From contig JAUQPU010000003.1 of the NCBI GenBank assembly GCA_030550235.1, positions 79,897 to 143,896 of the forward strand: a stretch of 64,000 bases of DNA, read 5' to 3'. Shown here piece after piece: positions 42,229 to 52,852 of the stretch (position 1 is the stretch's first letter; each line of letters starts with the position of its first letter). Source of the DNA: Thermoproteota archaeon (GTDB taxonomy: Archaea; Thermoproteota; Nitrososphaeria_A; Caldarchaeales; Calditenuaceae). The translations under genes were made by a program, and so were the position numbers. Below the pieces are notes generated by a model. The model was not told the DNA's origin and made no database searches. It saw only the letters and a program-made list of their open reading frames with translations.

Positions 42229-43926
42229 CTAACTCGAGGATATGCTCGCCAGGGCTTCACTAAGCCTATCCGCCCCTATATCGAACAAGTACGGCCCAAG
42301 CCTAGGGCCGCTCGGCCTACCTAGAAGGAGGAGGTAGATCTTCGAGAATAGCTGCGGCGGGTTGATGCCTCTCCGTCTCGCCTCCTCGAATATCGCGGCC
42401 TGAACCTCTTCGCCGTCTGCGGCCCTCCCAACCCTCTCTATGATCGCCTGGATAGCCTCTCTCTCGCTGTCTTCAAGCTCAATCTTCACTTTAGCCCTTG
42501 GGACCTCCCCAAAATCCATGGCGTAGAGCCGCGCCTTCTCAGCCTTCTCGAGGAGATACTCGTCAACCTTGTAACCGTATCTCTGAAGCCTCTTCTCTAG
42601 GAATTCGCGTAGGTTCTCGGCCGGGGCCACCGACCCCATCTCTGCAAGAAGCTTGAAGGGGGCGTGAGCTCTTGGGCGCTGAGGCGGCCTCAGGAGGTAG
42701 ATATATTCGTAGAGCCCGCGCAGTTTAGACCTAGTCCGCTCATCGACTATCTTGACCCTCCCGAAGTATACGTCCTCAAGCTCCTCAGCCTCGTCCCAGA
42801 GCCGCGGTATCAACTCAGGTGTCACAACCCGCGCACCGACGCTCCTCTTAAACATCAGTAGGAGAAGGGTCTCAGGCGGGGCGTATTTAAGCCACATCTG
42901 GGGTGTGAAGACATTTCCAACGGACTTGGAGAACTTCCTTCGACTCGCGTCTATGAAGTGTTCATACTTGACGTGCATGGGCGGCTCGAAATTAAGTATT
43001 TTTCTGGAGACCCAGTCATTGACTTTTACGCTGTCTATGAGGTCTTTCCCATAGGCCTCGAATCTGATGTCGAGTAGCTTCCAGCGCGCTGCGAACTCGA
43101 CCTTCCAAGGGAGTTTTCCGTTCCCTCTCTCCAAATCCGACCAGCCCTCAAATCCGCATCCTCTGTGAAGCCTCTTTTTTATCTCGATGTCGCTGCAGAC
43201 ATATCTCACCCTCCTCTTCTCTCTGTCGTATTCGACTGCCTTTGCTGTGTATATTCTGCTGCATGAGTCGCAGACGGGGTAGTAGGGAAGTTGCTCTGTG
43301 AACTTCTCCTGGCCGACAAGGGTCTTTATAGCCTCGCCGACCCTCTCCGAATTACTCAATATCTCCGCCGCTATCCCGGCAAGCCTCCCAGAACCGTAGA
43401 CCTCGTGGGCGTTATACAGCTTATACTCGATTCCGATGCGGTCGAGCGGCTCCGTCATCATCGAGACCATGTGATCGGCGTAGCTTGTGTGGCAGCCGTA
43501 GGGGTCGGGAATCCTAGAGACAGGCTTTAGGAGGTACTCTTCCAGCTCCTTTGGGAGGCCCTGGGGGACGCTCCTGAGCCCATCCATATCATCTGCGAAT
43601 AGTATCATCTCAGAGTTGTAGCCTAGGCCACGGATGGCGAGTGTTACTCCGTAGGCCCGAGCTGGGTCTGAGAGGTTTCCGATGTGGGGGATTCCACTAG
43701 CCGCTATCCCGCTCTCAGTCAACAATAGGTCGAGGCTTCTTCCAAGCCTCTTCTCCCTCTCGATAAGCCTATGCGCTACCCTATCCAGCCACGTCCCACG
43801 ACCAATTATCGGCCTAGACAAAGACCTCGGCCCTCCTCTCTCCACCAACAATAAGACCCCACAATCCAGCAATATAGCAGTAACCATCAGCCAAGATGCG
43901 CTGGAATAATATCTTAAAGAAGCCAC
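42229..43926 (-). CDS. lysK: Class I lysyl-tRNA synthetase
   Basis: HIGH-type GIPHIGN and KMSKS-type KFSKS. The true start is probably internal (TTG 43821 preceded by GGAGG, or GTG 43845). Confidence 0.9.
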   Translation of the reverse strand: MASLRYYSSASWLMVTAILLDCGVLLLVERGGPRSLSRPIIGRGTWLDRVAHRLIEREKRLGRSLDLLLTESGIAASGIPHIGNLSDPARAYGVTLAIRGLGYNSEMILFADDMDGLRSVPQGLPKELEEYLLKPVSRIPDPYGCHTSYADHMVSMMTEPLDRIGIEYKLYNAHEVYGSGRLAGIAAEILSNSERVGEAIKTLVGQEKFTEQLPYYPVCDSCSRIYTAKAVEYDREKRRVRYVCSDIEIKKRLHRGCGFEGWSDLERGNGKLPWKVEFAARWKLLDIRFEAYGKDLIDSVKVNDWVSRKILNFEPPMHVKYEHFIDASRRKFSKSVGNVFTPQMWLKYAPPETLLLLMFKRSVGARVVTPELIPRLWDEAEELEDVYFGRVKIVDERTRSKLRGLYEYIYLLRPPQRPRAHAPFKLLAEMGSVAPAENLREFLEKRLQRYGYKVDEYLLEKAEKARLYAMDFGEVPRAKVKIELEDSEREAIQAIIERVGRAADGEEVQAAIFEEARRRGINPPQLFSKIYLLLLGRPSGPRLGPYLFDIGADRLSEALASISSS

Positions 43927-43992
43927 GAACCATAGACGCCCTATCTCATGGGCAAGCCACTCTTGAACAGGCTATATGGTCCCCTAACCCCA

Positions 43993-46710
43993 CTAGGGTT
44001 TCCCTATCTTGAACTGCTTCGTTGTCTCCATGCTCACGAAGGTCACTAAGGCCCCAAGCAGTATCCATGCGGCGTCACCCAGCGTTGGAGGGATTATGTG
44101 TAGGGCCTCCCGCGTGGCCGGGATGGATGTCAGGATGGTAATCAGTGCTATCTCCCAGAGTATCGCCAGGATGAGTAGCTTGTGTGGGCGGACCTTGAAG
44201 ATTGACCGTGTGAGCGAGACGGTGTTTAGGGCTATGGCCAGCTCGATGAAGACAAACATGAGGAAAAGCCTGCTGCGAGCATACTCGATGCCTAATGGGA
44301 GGGCGTCGATGAATCCGAGGAGGAGGACAGGCGACTGCGCTATCAAGGCCATTATTATGAAACTGATTATGTCGCGGGTGAAGACCTTCTCACCCCTAGG
44401 TCGGGGTGCCCTCTTCATGATGTCCGGCTCAGGGGGAGTGAAACCTAGGGCTATTGCAGGCAGCCCATCAGTTGCGAGGTTGATATAAAGTATCTGGACT
44501 GGTAGGAGTGGTAGGAGCTCTTCACCCTCAAGCCCAACAAAGGGCAGGATTAGGAGCGCGGAGATCGCTATTACCGCTATCTCGACGACATTCGCTTGCA
44601 GGAGATACGCTAGATACTTCCTGATATTGTCGTAAATCCATCTTCCGAGTTCGACTGCCTTGACGATGGTTGAGAAGTTGTCATCAAGTAGAATTAGGTC
44701 GGAGGCCTCCTTGGTCACTTCCGTCCCTGTAATCCCCATAGCTACGCCGATGTCTGCGCGCTTCAGGGCTGGTGCGTCATTGACGCCGTCCCCAGTCATG
44801 GCCACAGTCCTGCCACGCTTCTTCCAAGCCTCTACTATGCGCAGCTTGTCGCTAGGGGTTACGCGGGCGTAGACGGTTATCTTCTCCACCTTCTCCTCAA
44901 GCTCCTTATCGCTCATCTCCGCTAGCTCTGCGCCTGTTACTGCGAGGTCTCCTTCACGGTGGATGCCGACCTCCCGGGCTATGGCTAGGGCTGTTAGGCG
45001 GTGATCTCCAGTTATCATTATAGGCTTTATCTTGGCTGTCTGGCACTTCTCCACAGCCTCCTTAACTTCGGGCCTAGGTGGGTCTATAATGCCTACAAGG
45101 CCGAGCAGTGTGAATCCATGTTCCACAGTCTCCTCAGAATACTCGGTAAGAGGCTCGCTCATCACTTTCTCAGCAACGGCCAAGACCCTCAGCCCCCGGA
45201 GGGCCATCTCCTCGTTAGCCTTAAGCAGCCTATCCCTAATCTCCCTAGTCATCGCCACAACAGAGCCATCTACGAGGAACTTGTCGCAGATGTTTACAAC
45301 AACCTCCGGAGCCCCCTTCATATAGGCGGTAATCCCGGCCCCGGATGACGTGATTGTCGTCATGCGCTTACGCTCAGAGCTGAAAGGTATCTCGGCAACC
45401 CTCTTATTCCTCGAACGTGCCTCGATATGGTTCACTCCCAGGCTCTCAGCCATCAATACGAGGGCGCCCTCTGTAGGGTCGCCGTAGAGTTCGTATCCCC
45501 TCTCAGTTTTTTTAACTACCGCGTCTGAGGAGAGAGCAGCAGCCAGGGCTATTCTCTGAAGCCCGGCTAATTTTTTCTCGCTTGGCACTTCTGCTAGGGC
45601 CTGAGCGGTGTATGGATTCGGCAGCTCGTAGAACTTCTCGCCCAGAAAGACTTCCCTAGCCAACATCTCGCCTTTAGTTATCGTCCCTGTCTTGTCCGCG
45701 CATATCACCTCAGTAGAGCCGAGTGTCTCAACAGCCGCCATACTTCGTGCCACCGAATTCCTTTTAGCAAGCATCCACATGCCCACCGCGAGAGTGCTAG
45801 TCACTATGGCGGGCAAGGCTTCAGGAACTGCAGCTACAGCAAGGGAGACAGCGAACATGAATATCTTAATTATAATATCGTATGATAACTCCTGGCCCAG
45901 CAAGATGATCTCGGCCAGCTCAACAACTGCTATAACAGCTATCAACAAGATGACGATCTTCCCTAGGCTCCTGGCCACCTCCTCCATCCTTCTCTCGAGG
46001 GGCGTCTTCTCCTCTTTTATCTCCATAACCTCCTTTGCTATCTTTCCAAACTCCATCCGCATCCCTGTCGCCGTGACAACCGCCTTGCCCTTTCCACTCG
46101 TTATCGTAGTCCCTCCATATACCATGTTCACCCTGTCCGGCATGGGTGTGTCCTCGGGAAGAACGGAGGCTGTCTTCGCAACGGGTATCGACTCGCCTGT
46201 CAAGACCGCCTCATAAGCCTGCAGACCATGTGACTCCACAACCCTAGCGTCGGCCGCCACCCTATCACCGGCCTCGAGAATTAGAATATCACCCGGGACG
46301 ACGTTCTCCGCCCTCACCTTCACCATAACTCCGTCCCTCAAGACACTGCAGGTCGGCGCCATCATCCTCTTCAGGGCCTCAACAATCCTCTCAGAGCGGA
46401 ACTCCTGCCAGAACCCTAGAATCGCAGCCAAGAAAACAATCACGAGAATGACTACCGAGTCGATGATCTCGCCGAGTGCCGCCGCTATAGCAGTGGCCAC
46501 TATAAGAATTATGATCATCAGGTTGAGGAATTGTCTAAGAAGAATCCTGAGGGGGGATATCTTCTTGCCCTCTTCAATAACATTTGGGCCAAAGACTTTC
46601 AGTCGCTTCTCAGCTTCTCCCCCGCTTAGGCCGGTCTCAGGGGTCGAGCCAAGCAGCCTCAAACACTCAGAAGAATCGAGGGCGTGCCAGGCGTACTGCT
46701 TCTCAGCCAA
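43993..46710 (-). CDS. P-type cation-transporting ATPase (P2-type, Ca2+/cation pump-like)
   Basis: TGES, DKTGTIT, MITGD and TGDGVNDAPAL motifs. 905 aa with 10 predicted TM helices. Confidence 0.95.
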   Translation of the reverse strand: MAEKQYAWHALDSSECLRLLGSTPETGLSGGEAEKRLKVFGPNVIEEGKKISPLRILLRQFLNLMIIILIVATAIAAALGEIIDSVVILVIVFLAAILGFWQEFRSERIVEALKRMMAPTCSVLRDGVMVKVRAENVVPGDILILEAGDRVAADARVVESHGLQAYEAVLTGESIPVAKTASVLPEDTPMPDRVNMVYGGTTITSGKGKAVVTATGMRMEFGKIAKEVMEIKEEKTPLERRMEEVARSLGKIVILLIAVIAVVELAEIILLGQELSYDIIIKIFMFAVSLAVAAVPEALPAIVTSTLAVGMWMLAKRNSVARSMAAVETLGSTEVICADKTGTITKGEMLAREVFLGEKFYELPNPYTAQALAEVPSEKKLAGLQRIALAAALSSDAVVKKTERGYELYGDPTEGALVLMAESLGVNHIEARSRNKRVAEIPFSSERKRMTTITSSGAGITAYMKGAPEVVVNICDKFLVDGSVVAMTREIRDRLLKANEEMALRGLRVLAVAEKVMSEPLTEYSEETVEHGFTLLGLVGIIDPPRPEVKEAVEKCQTAKIKPIMITGDHRLTALAIAREVGIHREGDLAVTGAELAEMSDKELEEKVEKITVYARVTPSDKLRIVEAWKKRGRTVAMTGDGVNDAPALKRADIGVAMGITGTEVTKEASDLILLDDNFSTIVKAVELGRWIYDNIRKYLAYLLQANVVEIAVIAISALLILPFVGLEGEELLPLLPVQILYINLATDGLPAIALGFTPPEPDIMKRAPRPRGEKVFTRDIISFIIMALIAQSPVLLLGFIDALPLGIEYARSRLFLMFVFIELAIALNTVSLTRSIFKVRPHKLLILAILWEIALITILTSIPATREALHIIPPTLGDAAWILLGALVTFVSMETTKQFKIGKP

Positions 46711-46812
46711 TCTTCACATACAACTTCCGCTGCTCTCGTATATTTGGATAATTGATTAAAACATGGTTGGATGATATTGATTAATAGGCTGGCTTGTAGC
46801 TGAATATTTCGA

Positions 46813-47382
46813 TTGCCGGTCAGGATAGCTCTCGACCTTGATGGAGTACTTACAGACTCGATGGGTCGCTGGGTTGAGATATGGAACTCGAAATATGGCC
46901 GCGCCCGTCTATCAGTCGAGGACATTCGCGAGTGGGATTTTTGGCGCGGCCTAGGAATTACGCAGGAGACTTTTAACGAGGTTTTCGACGAGGTTTGGAG
47001 GACATGGCCCCTTCTAAGGCCGATGGAGGAAGATATCGGAGAGAAAGTCTCCCGCCTAGCCAGTCTTGGCAGGGTGGATATCGTCAGCGGCAGGTCAAGC
47101 AGGCATCTACCCTATGTGAAGAGCTGGCTGAAGCAGCATGGCGTGAGATATAACTCAATTTTCCTAGCCGTCTCTCCGAAGAGCAGGCTAAGCCACGATG
47201 TATTCATCGACGATTCTCCAGTGGAGGCAGTCCAGATAGCAGGCACCGCTAGATATGTTCTACTTAGAGACCAGCCTTGGAACAGGGGCATTCCCAACAG
47301 CAAATATATCTTAAGGGTTAAAAGCCTCGACGAGGCCTTCGAGAAACTTGCCGGTGAGGTCTTCCCAGGAACCCTCCCCTAA
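46813..47382 (+). CDS. HAD-superfamily hydrolase, 5'(3')-deoxyribonucleotidase-like
   Basis: Motif I ALDLDGVLTD. Size and spacing resemble NT5C-family nucleotidases. Confidence 0.6.
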   Translation: MPVRIALDLDGVLTDSMGRWVEIWNSKYGRARLSVEDIREWDFWRGLGITQETFNEVFDEVWRTWPLLRPMEEDIGEKVSRLASLGRVDIVSGRSSRHLPYVKSWLKQHGVRYNSIFLAVSPKSRLSHDVFIDDSPVEAVQIAGTARYVLLRDQPWNRGIPNSKYILRVKSLDEAFEKLAGEVFPGTLP

Positions 47383-47453
47383 CACTAATGTAAATGCGTG
47401 GATATGGATCAAATCAGCTATTTATTATGGTTGGCAGGTGGCTCGAGGTGAAC

Positions 47454-48905
47454 ATGGAGATACAGACGCTGAGCCCGCTTATACTTTCTATCGCCCTCCC
47501 GCTAGGTTTCTCACCCATAGTAGCCCTCTTCGGCAGACTATTACACCCACGCAGCGCGGGTGTATTCGCTACGAGTATACTCTTCTTCCCCATGCTTTTC
47601 GGCTTCCTGCTGTATCCAGCCATAAACAGCGGCGCGGTCGTGGAGGAGAGGCTAAGCTGGATTCCGGAGCTCGGCCTCACATTCACTCTTAGGCTGGACC
47701 AGCTTAGCTATCCCTTCTACCTGCTGATTACTTTGGTGGGCTTTCTATCTACCTTCTATTCTCTGAGGTATATGGAGCATGAGAAGGGGCTCGGCTCCTA
47801 CTACTCACTGACCATGATGTTTATCACGGGGATGATCGGTGTCGTCCTTTCCACAAACCTTTTCCTATTCTACATTTTCTGGGAGCTGATGCTCATCCCA
47901 AGCTACTTTCTGATAGCCTACTGGGGGACTGGGAACGCTCGGATAATAGGCTTCAAGTACTTCGCCATGACGCATGTCGGGGCCATATCTCTCCTAGCCG
48001 GGATCGTCTGGCTCAACTCTCTCTATGGGAGTGTGGAGCTTGATGTCCTTCGCCTAATCCTTGAAGGAGGATCGCCGGCAATGCTTGGCATAGCCACCCT
48101 CATATTCATAGGCGCGGCGGTTAAGATGGCGCTCTTTCCACTCCATACCTGGCTTCCCGACGCCCACGCAGAGGCCCCCACACCTATAAGCGTCTTACTT
48201 AGCGGCGTGATGATCAAGACCGGAGTGTACGCCTATGCTAGGATAATTGGTGGGCTTATGCCTGCTGCTTTTCAGCAGGCCTTACCTGTTGTCTTGCCGC
48301 TCTCGGTTGTGACTGTTTTTTGGGGTGGGATGATGGCGCTGGTTCAGACGGATATTAAGAGGATACTTGCCTACAGTTCTATCAGTCAGATTGGCTACAT
48401 GGTCTTCGGCCTCTCCGTCCAGTCCAGCATCGGCTTGACAGGTGGCCTCCTACATGTCGTGACGCACGGCCTTGCCAAGTCTCTCCTCTTCATGGCTGCG
48501 GGCTCAATAATGCACTCGGCTGGGGAGAGAGACATAACTAAGCTGGGAGGGCTCATGAGGCCCATGTGGTTTACCGCCTCTGTCTTCCTCATCGGCGGGC
48601 TATCCATAGCCGGGACACCACCCCTCGCAGGCTTCTTCAGCGAGTGGATGATCTTCGCAGGCGGCTTCCAGGCTAACATCATGTCCTACACCATACTGGC
48701 CATACTCGGCACGGCGCTGACACTAGGATACTATCTCAAGGCCTTCATGTACATCTTCACCAGGGGTGAGCCCCGCGCCGCTATCAAAGAGTCACCAATC
48801 AGTATGGCGGCACCGATGGCCATACTCGCTGTAGTCATAATCCTGGCAGGGATCACCACGCCTCCTATAACAGGCATCATCAACATGGCCGTTGCCAAAC
48901 AGTAA
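47454..48905 (+). CDS. nuoM: NADH-quinone oxidoreductase antiporter-like subunit M (NuoM/ND4 family)
   Basis: LFYIFWELMLIPSYFLIAYWG and downstream conserved Lys/His-containing helices. ATG 47454 is preceded by GAGGTG. Confidence 0.85.
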   Translation: MEIQTLSPLILSIALPLGFSPIVALFGRLLHPRSAGVFATSILFFPMLFGFLLYPAINSGAVVEERLSWIPELGLTFTLRLDQLSYPFYLLITLVGFLSTFYSLRYMEHEKGLGSYYSLTMMFITGMIGVVLSTNLFLFYIFWELMLIPSYFLIAYWGTGNARIIGFKYFAMTHVGAISLLAGIVWLNSLYGSVELDVLRLILEGGSPAMLGIATLIFIGAAVKMALFPLHTWLPDAHAEAPTPISVLLSGVMIKTGVYAYARIIGGLMPAAFQQALPVVLPLSVVTVFWGGMMALVQTDIKRILAYSSISQIGYMVFGLSVQSSIGLTGGLLHVVTHGLAKSLLFMAAGSIMHSAGERDITKLGGLMRPMWFTASVFLIGGLSIAGTPPLAGFFSEWMIFAGGFQANIMSYTILAILGTALTLGYYLKAFMYIFTRGEPRAAIKESPISMAAPMAILAVVIILAGITTPPITGIINMAVAKQ

Positions 48906-48958
48906 GATGAGCTACACCACAAACAAGCTTTTATACGGCTAAAACGTAGGGCCTAAGC

Positions 48959-49846
48959 GTGCAGGAGCCACTCATCTATATCGACGGAGAATTCTACGCC
49001 AAATCCTCTGCAAAAATCTCAGTATTCGACCATGGCTTCCTCTACGGTGACGGGGTCTTTGAGGGGATAAGGGTCTACGGCGGCGTGGTCTTCAAGCTGA
49101 GGGAGCATGTGGAGAGGCTCTACAGGTCTGCGAAGGCAATTAGGCTTGAGATACCCATGACTGTGGACGAGATGGTTGACGCGGTTATTAAGACGGTAAG
49201 GGTAAATGGTTTTCGAGACGCATATATCAGGCTTGTTGTTACGAGGGGTGTAGGGGACCTGGGCCTTGACCCGCGAAAATGTGGGAAACCCTCAGTCATA
49301 GTGATTGTAGAGCAGCTTGAGCCAATCTTAGGAGCGCAGTCCCGCGAGACCGGAGTCAAGCTAATAATCAGCTCTACCAGGAGGGACCCGGTCTACGCCA
49401 CCTCCCATGAAGTTAAAAGCCTCAACTATCTCAACAGCATCCTAGCTAAGCTGGAGGCGATAGCGGCCGGCGCGGATGACGCTGTAATGCTTGACTCGCG
49501 TGGATTCGTCTCGGAGGCCACCGGAGCCAACATATTCGTCGTCAGAAGTGGTGTCCTAGTCACACCGCCCGTGACCGCCGGAATCCTGCCGGGAATAACA
49601 CGGGCCTTTGTTATGGAGCTCGCACGGAGGCTAGGCATACCGGTGGAGGAGCGCGACATAACCCCCACAGAGCTCCTAACAAGCGATGAGGTCTTCTTAA
49701 CTGGGACCGGCGCCGAGATAGTTCCAGTAGCTATGATAAGCGGAGTTAAGATAGGAAAAATAGTCCCAGGCCCTATCACAAGTAAGATTATCGGGGAGTT
49801 TGACAGAATTAAGTCTGATCCCTCTAACGGAGTGAAGGCTCTTTAA
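48959..49846 (+). CDS. ilvE: Branched-chain amino-acid aminotransferase (PLP fold type IV)
   Basis: FDHGFLYGDGVFEGIRVY, KSLNYLN and EATGANIF motifs. Confidence 0.9.
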   Translation: MQEPLIYIDGEFYAKSSAKISVFDHGFLYGDGVFEGIRVYGGVVFKLREHVERLYRSAKAIRLEIPMTVDEMVDAVIKTVRVNGFRDAYIRLVVTRGVGDLGLDPRKCGKPSVIVIVEQLEPILGAQSRETGVKLIISSTRRDPVYATSHEVKSLNYLNSILAKLEAIAAGADDAVMLDSRGFVSEATGANIFVVRSGVLVTPPVTAGILPGITRAFVMELARRLGIPVEERDITPTELLTSDEVFLTGTGAEIVPVAMISGVKIGKIVPGPITSKIIGEFDRIKSDPSNGVKAL

Positions 49847-49943
49847 AAGTCTCAAGTGAGAGTTGGAAAACACTGGAATGAATTGACTAGAGCGAGGGTC
49901 GGGGGCTCGCCAGCCTTATGGCGGGCAACAGTAAGGACAACAA

Positions 49944-50258
49944 TCAGGGCAGCAGTGATCCATCTCTCTCACCTCCTCCCAGTAACTCTCTATATCCACT
50001 GTCTTTTATTGACTGGTCACAGCATAGACAGCTTTGCGGATCTCTACACAGGCATAAGTGGTATCCGCTTGGGGACTTACATATCCTGCAAACAGCGACC
50101 AGGCGTTTAAGGACACGAGACAAAATCTCTTGGTGAAGACCTGTTACCCGCCTAAGCTCATTAAACCTGAATCTGCTGTAGGGGTGTCTCAGGAAGATGC
50201 TGAGAACCTCATTCTCTCTACGTCCCAAAGAGTCCTCGGAGAGGCATTCGGGAGCCAT
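49944..50258 (-). CDS. Possible small winged-helix transcription regulator with Cys-rich tail
   Basis: EVLSIFLRHPYSRFRFNELRRVTGLHQEILSRVLKRLV looks like helix-turn-helix plus a wing. This is the only plausible ORF in a 420-nt gap. Confidence 0.4.
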   Translation of the reverse strand: MAPECLSEDSLGRRENEVLSIFLRHPYSRFRFNELRRVTGLHQEILSRVLKRLVAVCRICKSPSGYHLCLCRDPQSCLCCDQSIKDSGYRELLGGGERDGSLLP

Positions 50259-50269
50259 GAGACAACATA

Positions 50270-50785
50270 TTGACCCGGCGATATTTATTGACTGACCGTC
50301 TAGAAGTAAGTGAGAGTAAGGCTTTAAGTCATGGAGCAGGGGTAATAAATCCTATGGCTGCTGTCTCTACAAGGCTAGATTTGATGCTCGCCCTGGTTGC
50401 TTTTCTTTGTCTAGGCCTGACAGACTTCATAAGGCGGAAGGGGATGATTGAAGGAGGCTCGCCCATCAGCTACTTGATCATTGAAAACAGTATTCTGCTA
50501 GCAATTCTTCCAGTAGCGTCCCTGCTGATTGAGGGGCGTTTATTGGAAATAAAGGGTGGGCTCATACCTTATGCTCTAATCTCCGGAGTAACAATCTCGG
50601 TTGCGCTGATAGCGCTTATGACGGGCCTCCAGATTGGTGAGGGAAGCGTCGTCATACCCATCTCTAGGCTGGGCCTAGCTTTGGCCGCCTTTCTCAGCCT
50701 ATTATTCCTGGGTGAGACAGTAACCTGGACAAAGGCTCTCGGGATAGCTATGGCGATAGGCGCTGTTATACTCCTGTCTCGCTGA
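50270..50785 (+). CDS. Single-EamA-domain (DMT superfamily) small membrane transporter
   Basis: Four to five TM helices ending with an EamA-like GETVTWTKALGIAMAIGAVILL. The start is probably the internal ATG near 50345. Confidence 0.55.
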   Translation: MTRRYLLTDRLEVSESKALSHGAGVINPMAAVSTRLDLMLALVAFLCLGLTDFIRRKGMIEGGSPISYLIIENSILLAILPVASLLIEGRLLEIKGGLIPYALISGVTISVALIALMTGLQIGEGSVVIPISRLGLALAAFLSLLFLGETVTWTKALGIAMAIGAVILLSR

Positions 50786-50814
50786 CCCTTCTAGCCGAAT
50801 AATTTATTTTAGAA

Positions 50815-51327
50815 ATGTGGAGTGCTTCTAGCTTTGTGAGCAGTGTCAGGTTTGAGGTTGTGAGGGTTGAGATTCCGGAGGGATGCAACGCTGTTCTTGG
50901 AACAACCCACTTCATAAAGAGTGTCGAGGATATCTACGAGGCAATCGTCAACACAGTGCCTGGGGCGAGATTTGGGCTGGCCTTCAGCGAGGCGAGCGGT
51001 CCATGTCTTATTAGACATGAGGGGACAGATGAGGAATTGAGGAGGCTGGCGGCCGAGAATCTCCTTCGCATAGGATGTGGCCACACCTTCCTAGTTCTGA
51101 TGCGAAATATGTATCCAATCAACATACTGGGAAGGCTCAAAGAGGTCCCGGAAGTGTGCACCATATTATGTGCAACGGCAAACCCTCTCCAGGTCATAGT
51201 GGCTGAGACAGACCAAGGACGCGGAGTCGTGGGCGTCGTTGATGGGTATAAGCCTAAAGGCATCGAGAATGAGCAGAACATACGGGAGAGGAGGGAGTTC
51301 CTTCGAAAGATAGGCTACAAGTTTTAA
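50815..51327 (+). CDS. Adenosine-specific kinase family protein (Pfam Adenosine_kin/COG1839-like)
   Basis: [25 protein letters not shown]...[17 protein letters not shown]...[13 protein letters not shown] pattern as I recall for this archaeal family. Confidence 0.65.
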   Translation: MWSASSFVSSVRFEVVRVEIPEGCNAVLGTTHFIKSVEDIYEAIVNTVPGARFGLAFSEASGPCLIRHEGTDEELRRLAAENLLRIGCGHTFLVLMRNMYPINILGRLKEVPEVCTILCATANPLQVIVAETDQGRGVVGVVDGYKPKGIENEQNIRERREFLRKIGYKF

Positions 51328-51386
51328 TCAGACATTCCTAATAAAAGCTCAGCTAAGCCAATTCCCGCAGTATCTCTTCTCTACTC

Positions 51387-52721
51387 TTAGACAGTGGATT
51401 TTGTAAAGTTCACGCCTCTTATAAGGGCATAGGGTGCCTTAACCGGGACCTCGACCTCCCACCACTTTATCCAATATTTATCGGCGGTCATATCCTCCAA
51501 GTTATTCATCATCCGCAGGATATTGTCGCTAAGTCTGAGGTCTTTTAGCGCTGCCTCGATGCTCCCATTCTTTATGAGGAAGAGGCCGTCTCGCGGTATT
51601 GTCGAGAAGTCTCCTGTCCTGAAGTTTCTATACCTGAGGTACCAATCGTTTGTGACGAATATCCCCCTCTCGACTCTGCCGAGGAGCTGGTTTAGCGTGG
51701 CATTACCACCCTCTACGATGAGGTTGAACGGCTCCGGAGATATCCATCCAGCGTTGGCCGTACTCTCTGTCTCAAACTTCTTCGCAGTCGCGCTGTTGTG
51801 TAGATAAGTCTTCAGAACACCAGACTCTATTATTGCCTTACGTCTCGTCGGGAGGCCCTCGTCATCGAAGGCCTCCGAGCCGTAGGCCGTGCTCAGGGTT
51901 GGATCGTCAACGAGTGTGAGGATTTTAGACGCCACAGTCTCGCCGATCTTCTTCTCGAGGCATGAGAGCCCTATGAGGACGCTATAGGCTGAGGAAGCCC
52001 TGCCAACCTCCTCTATTAGGTTAGCGAATGTCATGGGGCCTATTATAGCGTCGTACACACCGGGCTCCCCGCTTACAGGATTCTTAGCCATCCGCGCGAT
52101 CTCGCCAGCCATCTCGCCAGTCCTGTAGGGGTTGAACTCCTCCCTGCTCGCTGTGGCTGTTGCGAACTGTCCGCTTGAGGCCCCGTTCAGGAATGCCCTA
52201 ACCGATAACTCAATCCTTTCAGCACTAGATTCAGCCTTCACACCACCGGAGGTGTAGAGAGTTCTACGAACCTCACTTACTATGAGGGAGCCAGCAACCC
52301 TCGCGGCACCGCTATTCCTCGCACCTGAGACAGCCTCCTCAACCCAGCCCACAATATCTTCAGGAGGGGGCGCCCTCCTCCCTCTGGAGAGCAGCTCTCT
52401 ATCGTATTGGAATGGCCCGCGTGGTAGTGGTGCATAAATGTCACTCGGTCCGGCTAGTCTAGTGTTCTCCGCGAGGCCTGCTAATAGCCTCTTAATATCG
52501 GAGACGCTGCGGGTGGAAGTTGAGGCCACCCCACGCCTCTCGCCTATAGCGAGATAAACAGCCACGTCATACTCATCAAAAACTTTCGAGACGGTTATCT
52601 CATTATTTGAGAAGCGGACCATGTAGGTTGTCGTGGCCTCCAAGTTGACTGCCGCGTCAGTCGCTTTCAGCCTTTTAGCTGCTCTCAAGGCCTCCAAAGC
52701 CACCCGCCTAGCTCCAACCAT
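51387..52721 (-). CDS. pmbA: PmbA/TldE-family protein (TldD partner, no HExxxH)
   Basis: TldD/PmbA-fold length and C-terminal conserved block. It lacks the zinc motif present in 40756..42204. Confidence 0.8.
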   Translation of the reverse strand: MVGARRVALEALRAAKRLKATDAAVNLEATTTYMVRFSNNEITVSKVFDEYDVAVYLAIGERRGVASTSTRSVSDIKRLLAGLAENTRLAGPSDIYAPLPRGPFQYDRELLSRGRRAPPPEDIVGWVEEAVSGARNSGAARVAGSLIVSEVRRTLYTSGGVKAESSAERIELSVRAFLNGASSGQFATATASREEFNPYRTGEMAGEIARMAKNPVSGEPGVYDAIIGPMTFANLIEEVGRASSAYSVLIGLSCLEKKIGETVASKILTLVDDPTLSTAYGSEAFDDEGLPTRRKAIIESGVLKTYLHNSATAKKFETESTANAGWISPEPFNLIVEGGNATLNQLLGRVERGIFVTNDWYLRYRNFRTGDFSTIPRDGLFLIKNGSIEAALKDLRLSDNILRMMNNLEDMTADKYWIKWWEVEVPVKAPYALIRGVNFTKSTV

Positions 52722-52852
52722 ACAGCATATAGACTGAGAGGCCCAGATTAAAAAGAATCGCTCCTAAAAAGCCGCTGCTCAGTCACTCTTTATTTAGGGA
52801 TGCTTGACATCTTATTGATGGATACTGTTGGGCGCTGGGGCGGGCGGCTGAT

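Noticed and set aside
43822-43926. Hydrophobic N-terminal extension of class I LysRS (WLMVTAILLDCGVLLLV) that could be read as a membrane anchor.
   Set aside because: Class I LysRS alignments begin near ...TWLDRVAHRLIEREK. An internal TTG (43821) preceded by GGAGG, or GTG 43845, gives the canonical length. The extension is most likely untranslated.
49856-50273. Three mutually overlapping plus-strand ORFs (84, 72 and 71 aa) in the ilvE-EamA spacer.
   Set aside because: They overlap one another in different frames and have Arg/Ser/Leu-rich nonsense-like sequences. Only the minus-strand 104-aa ORF has a plausible helix-turn-helix, and even that is called with low confidence.
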